Below are positions 57,901 to 64,000 of a DNA stretch of 64,000 bases, in pieces. The stretch comes from Octopus bimaculoides. Taxonomy: Eukaryota. Position numbers and translations under genes: made by a program. The stretch lies in assembly GCF_001194135.2 (NCBI RefSeq), contig NC_068991.1:47586724-47650723 (forward strand), given 5' to 3'. Every line of letters starts with the position of its first letter. Within the stretch, counting starts at the first letter, position 1. Under the pieces are notes generated by a model that worked only from the letters and a program-made list of their open reading frames with translations, was not told where the DNA came from and ran no database searches.

Positions 57901-60900
57901 TCACAACCTTTCCACTGATTTAGTGACTTTCCTTCTTGGTACAAGGTCTTCAGTGACTTAGTGACTTCCCCCTCTCACTCCATAGGAGCAGACAAAAGAA
58001 CTTTGACTAACAAACAACCAATTGATTGTTTAACCAGCACATTAAACAAATGATCGAATAGTTAATTGGTTAGATATATAATCAATTGACTAACAAAGAA
58101 GTGGAATTGAACCTGTGCTTGTGTTATTATTATTGATTTAATGAGGCGGTGAGCTCACAGAATCATTAGCATGCTGGACAGAATGCTTAGCGGCATTTCT
58201 ATGTTCTGAGTTAAAATTCTGCCTAGGTTGACCTGGCTTTTCATCCTTTCGGAGTCGATAAAATAAGCACTGGTCTCGATGTAATTGACTAGTTTCCTTC
58301 CTTGAAATCTCAGGCCTCGTGCCTATAGCAGAAAAGATTATTATTGGTATAATGACTCTCCCAAGACACAATAGTTGTTGTTTCAACACATGAATTCACT
58401 TCAAGAATCTTGCAAACCAAATACAAATACCAAGTAATCATCATTGCATGTTAAGTAAAGTATGTATTTATATTTCAGGGTACTTTGAAAGGTTTTGATC
58501 AGACGATTAACTTAATCTTAGATGAAAGCCACGAAAGAGTGTTTAGCTCTACTTCTGGAGTTGAACAAGTTGTATTAGGACTATACATAATCCGTGGTGA
58601 CAATGTGTAAGTATAGCTTCTTTCCATATAAAAATTAAAGAAGTTTAACCATCCAATGATAAAATCAGTCTGTGTACCTTCAAAGGCCAGAGGTACAGCC
58701 TCAACCTCCAGACCATATATAAAAAAGGTTCAAATGTACAAAAAACAGAAGACAGACAGGTGAGGTAACAACAAACAAGGTGTATTAATCTCAGAAGTTT
58801 TGAGTCTATGTTCCTTGAAATAAAAGAATGAGGAGAGAAAACAGAGAGAGGAAAAACGTGTCTGGATTAACGGTTTCACATGTTGAATCGACTGATAAAA
58901 AAAACTTGTAAAAAGGCATTATACCAAAATTCTTTTTCCATTTGTGTTCATTCGTCTGTTTAGCCCTTCTATTCCCGTATTTCTGTTGAAATACACAGCC
59001 TTTACTTCACTTAATTTTGAAAATGAAGCATTTAGTAAAATAAATTTGTTATTATTAAGCTAGTATTTGGATTATAAAATAACATGAAATTTTGATGGGA
59101 GGTTTTAATTTAGATCAATTTAAGACAAGAAGTTTCTGTCATTGAATTAGGGGCGGGGTCAGGCAGGTTGCTATCTGTTTTCCTAATGCTAGTATTGGGG
59201 ATATATTTGAATCTGGATTTTATGGCCAGATGCTCTTCCTGTCACCAACCATTGCCTGTATTTTCAAGTGAGGAATTTTTCATTTATTCAACCATCTTTC
59301 ACTGTTTCACTCAAACAAAGTCGTGGGAGACACACTCACACATAATACATATATAAAGTGGTTGGTGTTTGGAAGGGCATCTAGCTGTAAAAACCATGCT
59401 AAAACAGGTCTCGCTGGTGCCACATAAAAAGCACTCAGTCCACTCTGTAAGGTGGTTGGTATCTGAAAGGCATCCAGCCAAAACGACTGCTGAAACTGAA
59501 GCCTGGTGCAGTCTTCCGCTTAGCCAGCCCCTATCAAACCATCCATCCCATGCCAGTATGGAATCCATATGTAAAATGATGATAATGATATATCACTGAC
59601 GCTGTCCTTTTAAGATATATATGGCATAAATTTCTCCATGATTCTCCACTTGATTGTATGTGGCATGCTATTAGTGTCCAAATCCCATACATGACTAGCA
59701 AACTTCATAACCATACAAACATATATGTACGTATTATGTATGTTTATATGTTAGTGTCTCCTTATCTTGACAATCAGGTACCCTTCCTGTTTCCAAGCAA
59801 GGTGTGCCAGACATGTTTTCACAGAATATTAGAAACTGATGATTCTGCTTATATGACAGTGACACTGCTTTACAACTATCACATGACATCAAGACTAGGA
59901 GACACAAACATAGACACTCACATGCACATGTATACATATGTATACATATGTATACATGATGGGCTTAGAGTTTCCATCTATCAAATTCACTCACATGGCT
60001 TCAGTTGCCCTGGGGCTATAGTAGAAGACACTTGTCCAAGGTGCTATGCAATTGGATTGAACCTGAAACCATGTGGTTGGGAAGCAAACATAACCATACC
60101 TGTGCTCAGCTACACCTGTTTACTTTGCAGTATTTCTTTTGGCTGTTTACATTTTGGGTCTGAGTTGGTTAAGCATTCTAACCCTTTTGATACCAATCCA
60201 CCAGAGACTACCCCTAGATTTTTGATACAAAAGTGATGTAAAGTAAAACTGTCTATCAAAATTACATGCTAAGTTAGTATGAAACACCAGTTTAATTATA
60301 ACAAAGCTCATCATCATCATCATCATCATCGTTGTTTAACTTCTGCTTTCCATGTTGGCTTGGGTTGAATGGTTTGATGTGGAGCTAGCTGGCAGGAAGC
60401 TGTCCAGACTCCAATTGTCTGTTGTGGCATGGTTTCTATAGCTGGATGGCGTTTCTTGTAAATTCTTCATTCTTTTAATTGAAACAAAGGCAGTGTATAT
60501 TAATAGAAATATAGTAACAAAAGGGTTTATCTAAAGTTAATTTTACTACAGAATAAAAAGTTTTGAATGGTACAACAATGCACTATATAATACAAAAAAA
60601 TGCACTATATACCTGTTGTAATTTAGTTATCCAAAGTCCAATGATATTTCGGAATACAATTCCTTCTTCAGATATTCATAGATGGAGTCGCTGTTTTCCA
60701 ACGGCTGTAGATCTATTTATTTTGTTCTGCATGATTATGTCTTCTATGTTACGATTGTTCACAGAATAATAGTTATGTAGTGTTGAATTAATCTGAAACT
60801 ATCTTATGTCTTTCAGGGCGGTGATTGGTGAAATAGATGATGATGCAGATTCTTACTTGGACCTAAACAGCATAAGAGCAGAGCCCCTTAACCCTGTAGT

Positions 60901-60907
60901 GCATTAG
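53155..60907 (+). CDS. LSM8: U6 snRNA-associated Sm-like protein LSm8, 4 exons, 96 aa
   Basis: Exons 53155-53185, 55848-55888, 58479-58606, 60817-60907 (291 nt) give MASALENYISKTVSIVTADGRIIVGTLKGFDQTINLILDESHERVFSSTSGVEQVVLGLYIIRGDNVAVIGEIDDDADSYLDLNSIRAEPLNPVVH*, close to recalled human LSM8. Confidence 0.97.
53186..55847 (+). other. U12-type (minor spliceosome) GT-AG intron, LSM8 intron 1
   Basis: 5' site GTATCCTTTT at 53186; branch site TTCCTTGAC at 55826-55834 with the branch A 14 nt before the AG; no polypyrimidine tract. Confidence 0.93.
54634..55092 (-). mobile_element. SINE family A copy with internal (TA)n expansion
   Basis: High identity to the other copies; lies in the LSM8 minor intron. 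Confidence 0.9.
55848..55888 (+). CDS. LSM8: LSM8 exon 2 (KTVSIVTADGRIIV)
   Basis: caag acceptor, GTG|gtaaga donor, 41 nt. Confidence 0.95.
57316..58075. mobile_element. MITE whose left TIR is split by a TTAA-type MITE (57344-57844), itself containing a SINE (57488-57768)
   Basis: 57316-57345 plus 57840-57895 together are the reverse complement of 57991-58075; the insertion point is TTAA. Confidence 0.75.
58479..58606 (+). CDS. LSM8: LSM8 exon 3 (GTLKGFDQTINLILDESHERVF...IRGDNV)
   Basis: tatttcag acceptor, GT|gtaagt donor, 128 nt; Sm1/Sm2 motifs. Confidence 0.97.
60817..60907 (+). CDS. LSM8: LSM8 exon 4 (AVIGEIDDD...PVVH*)
   Basis: tctttcag acceptor, TAG at 60905-60907. Confidence 0.97.
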
Positions 60908-61102
60908 GAAACTTAACTTTCATCATGTAAATTTTCATAACCATTTCAAAACAAAAAAAAACAAAAATTAAAAAAACAAACGTTTTATTTTTCTTTTATC
61001 ATCACAATATTTTTGTTCTTCATAAAATTTTTAAAGGATTTTAAAACTGATTTTCTTCATGTTCTCTTACCCACTACTCCACAAAAATAACTTCAAAAAA
61101 CA

Positions 61103-61108
61103 AATAAA
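61103..61108 (+). terminator. Candidate LSM8 polyadenylation signal
   Basis: AATAAA about 200 nt after the stop, with T-rich sequence downstream at about 61170-61210. Confidence 0.4.
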
Positions 61109-62934
61109 CACCTCTCCAAACTTATGTATCACATATAAAGAAAAATGCATTTTCTTAAGGTAAATATATTATTAATTTTTACTCATTTTTCATGTTATTT
61201 TTCTTTTTACTCTAATATTGCTGGTGCCACGTAAAAAAGTATCCAGCCCACATTGTGAAGTGGTTGGCATTTAGAAGGGCATCCAACTGTAAAAATCATG
61301 TCAAAATTGACATTGCCTGTGCTAGTGACATGTAAAAAGCTCTCAGTCCATTCTGCGGGGTGGTTGGTGCTAGGAAGGGCATCCAGCTGTAAAAACAATG
61401 CCAAAACAGACGCAATAGTCTGATGTAGTCTTCTACCTGGCCGGCTCCTGTCAAATCATCCAACCCATGCCAGCATGAAGGTGGATGTTAAATGATGATA
61501 ATGGTGAGTGCGCTTGTGTTACTGTGTAGCTTAAGAAGCTTGCTTTCCAAATATGTGGTCTCGGGTTCAACTCTACTGTGTGGTAGCTTGAGCAAGTGCC
61601 TTCTATTATAGCCCTAGACTAACCAAAGGTTTATGAATGGATTTGGTGGACAGAAACTGAGAGAAGTCTGTCGTGTGTGTATGTATGCTTACCTTGACGT
61701 TATATGATAGTCATAAATGAGCTTCACTGTCACACAGGTGATGTTTTTTCCCAGTCTTCTGTGAAAAACGTTATCAGGCCTTAGGGAAATATTACCTTAC
61801 TTGGAAACAGGTGAGGGTTTGTGACAGAAAGGGCATTCAGCTGTAGAAAATCTGCCTCAACAAATTCCATGTGACACTTGGAAAACTGGCTTTTATGTGA
61901 TGATGATTGCTTCAGAATTTATATAGTTTGAGATGTTACATATCAATACTTCATTGCATTCTATATAAGAAAGATGTTAATGCAGATGGCTCAGTGTTCT
62001 TTGAGTACTTGCGTTTGATTACCTTTTACCTTTTTCAGTCATTAGAATGCGGCCATGCTGGGGCACTGCATTGAAGAATATTAGTTGAACAAATCGACCC
62101 CAGTATTTATTTTTATTTCAAGCTTGGTACTTATGGGGGATGTAAACACACCAACACCAGATGTTAAGTGTGTTCATGTCTGTGGTGAGGGCCAAACACA
62201 GACACGAGGACATACACACATACACATACATCCATATATGATAGGCTTCTTTCAGTTTTTGCCCATCAAATCCACTCATAAGTCTTTGGTCAGCCAAGGG
62301 CTATAGTAGAAGATGCTTGCCCAAGGTACCATGCAGTGGGATTTAACCCAGGAGAATGTGGTTGGGAAACAAACTTCTTACTACACAGCTATGCCTACAC
62401 CTATTGTTTACTTCTTTCTCCTAAGAGGATGATTATTATGAGGGATGCTAATGCAACGTTTTGATTGGGTATTTCTAAACATCTTCTGGTGATGCATGTC
62501 TATACACATCATTGCTATCAGTGTCACTTTAATGTCCGCTTTCCTGTGCTTACACAGTTCAGATGGAATTTCTCAAGGTAGATTCCCCACAGGAAAAACC
62601 CTTTCTGCTCTTTAATACTTTTACTCCTCATCTCCTAGCATAAAGCTGCTTCTTTTGGGTTCGTAGTCTTGCAAGTGGCATGGCAACTTCACTAGTGCTG
62701 GCTACCTGCAAAAAGCTCCCAGTACATGTTGTAAAGTGGTTGGCATTATGAAAGACATTCAGCCATAGAAATCACACCAAACAAGACAGTGGAGCAAAGT
62801 GCTAGCCTTGTACCTGTTGGATCTTGTCAAACAGTCCAACCCATATCAGCTTGGAACACAGACATTAAATGATGATGAATGTATATGTGTGTGTGTGATG
62901 ACAAAGGAGGTGCCACTGTAATAATGGTCTTAAA

Positions 62935-63230
62935 ACAACCGAATGACCAACATTTCTATAAAAAATTAGAAACTAATGCAGATTAAAAAGACCCCCCCAA
63001 AAATAATGAACAAAATTGGTAAATCAAATTCAAAAACAATTTGATGGAAAAGGAGCTGGATTATCTTATGAATTTTGAGGTAAAAGCACATAACTTTTAG
63101 GGACAACTGAAAATTCATAAATCTAAAGAAATCTATAACAGCTAAAGGACCCCCTTACACCATATTCCCAAATCTGATTGAAAATTATACCCAATTGTTG
63201 CAGGACCAACATCAAGTATCTAATATTTAA
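62935..63230 (+). mobile_element. Penelope-like element reverse-transcriptase N-terminal fragment
   Basis: Decayed F*GQLKIHKSKE and PIVAGPTS, resembling PLE FYGLPKIHK and RPIVAGP motifs. Confidence 0.65.
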
Positions 63231-64000
63231 AGGAATTCACTGGACATAATTATGAAACTAATATGGGAAGTAAGCTTAGCACACAGCCATGTATACTACT
63301 TATTTATACATACATTTTGTGTATATTTTCATTTTTCAATAATGATTAATAATATTCAAGACTACTTACTAAAAAGTTCCCAAATACAAACCTTGTATCA
63401 ATAATAAGAGTGCTCCAGGATCAAAGAAAGTCCTTTTTTTTTTATAGCATAATGTGTATAGGTGCAGGAGTGGTTGTGTGGTTAAGAAGTTTGCTTCTCA
63501 ACCACATGGTTTCAATTTCAGTCCCACTGCATGGCACCTTGGGCAACTACCTTCTACTTTAGCTTGAGCTCAATCTAAGCCTTGTGAGTGGATTTGGTAG
63601 ACAGAAACTAAAAGAAATCTGTCTTGTATATACATACATACATTATATATATATATATATAGCAAGTGACCTGATCTGAGATTGTGTGCTAGAACAAAAA
63701 CAATTGCTGCATGGAAGGTGTTTATTAACCATTTAAGAAACACATAAAATCCGTTAGATTCACTTCAACATTTAAATTTAATTTACCAAAATATTTTCAT
63801 CGCTTTGAGACTGCGACCTATTCACCGACAAAATTCCGTGCTGCAGCTTGGAATTTTGTCACTGAACAGGTCGTGGTCTCAAAGCGACGAAAATATTTTG
63901 ACAAATTAAATTTAAATGTCGAAGTGAATCTAACGGATTTTGTGTGTTTCTTAAATGGCTTATAAACACCTTCCACACTGCAATTATATATATATATATA

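Noticed and set aside
59658-60236. 192 aa ORF in LSM8 intron 3
   Set aside because: Chance read-through of several adjacent SINE fragments and a microsatellite.
1-64000. CRISPR array, prokaryotic operon or defence system
   Set aside because: No regular repeat-spacer units; spliceosomal introns and SINEs show eukaryotic DNA.

Overview
AT-rich, repeat-dense animal genomic DNA with three N gaps. The SINE families, (TA)n/(CA)n density and gene style suggest a coleoid cephalopod, probably Octopus; this is inference, not a database result. Two spliced genes lie head-to-head. (1) On the minus strand, a roughly 39.4 kb MDM1/SAXO6-like microtubule-binding gene (CDS 46910->7493). I could chain 19 GT-AG exons with consistent phases into 991 aa. 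It has three S/T-EY-x3-F repeats, the conserved WYxxVxELRxKAxxYRxR block, and extra tandemly duplicated exons. (2) On the plus strand, LSM8 (4 exons, 96 aa, 53155-60907), whose first intron is a clear U12-type (minor spliceosome) intron. The rest is mostly mobile-element debris: four SINE families, mariner/Tc1, Mutator-like, RTE, CR1-like and Penelope-like relics, piggyBac-type and other MITEs, often nested. The most unusual signals are several decayed minimal (Penelope-type) hammerhead-ribozyme motifs in MDM1 introns, including an inverted pair flanking a tRNA-like core; the exon-level repeat expansion in MDM1; and the minor intron in LSM8. All exon models and family labels were made by eye and from recalled sequences, and need confirmation by RNA-seq and searches. 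No prokaryotic systems or CRISPR arrays are present.
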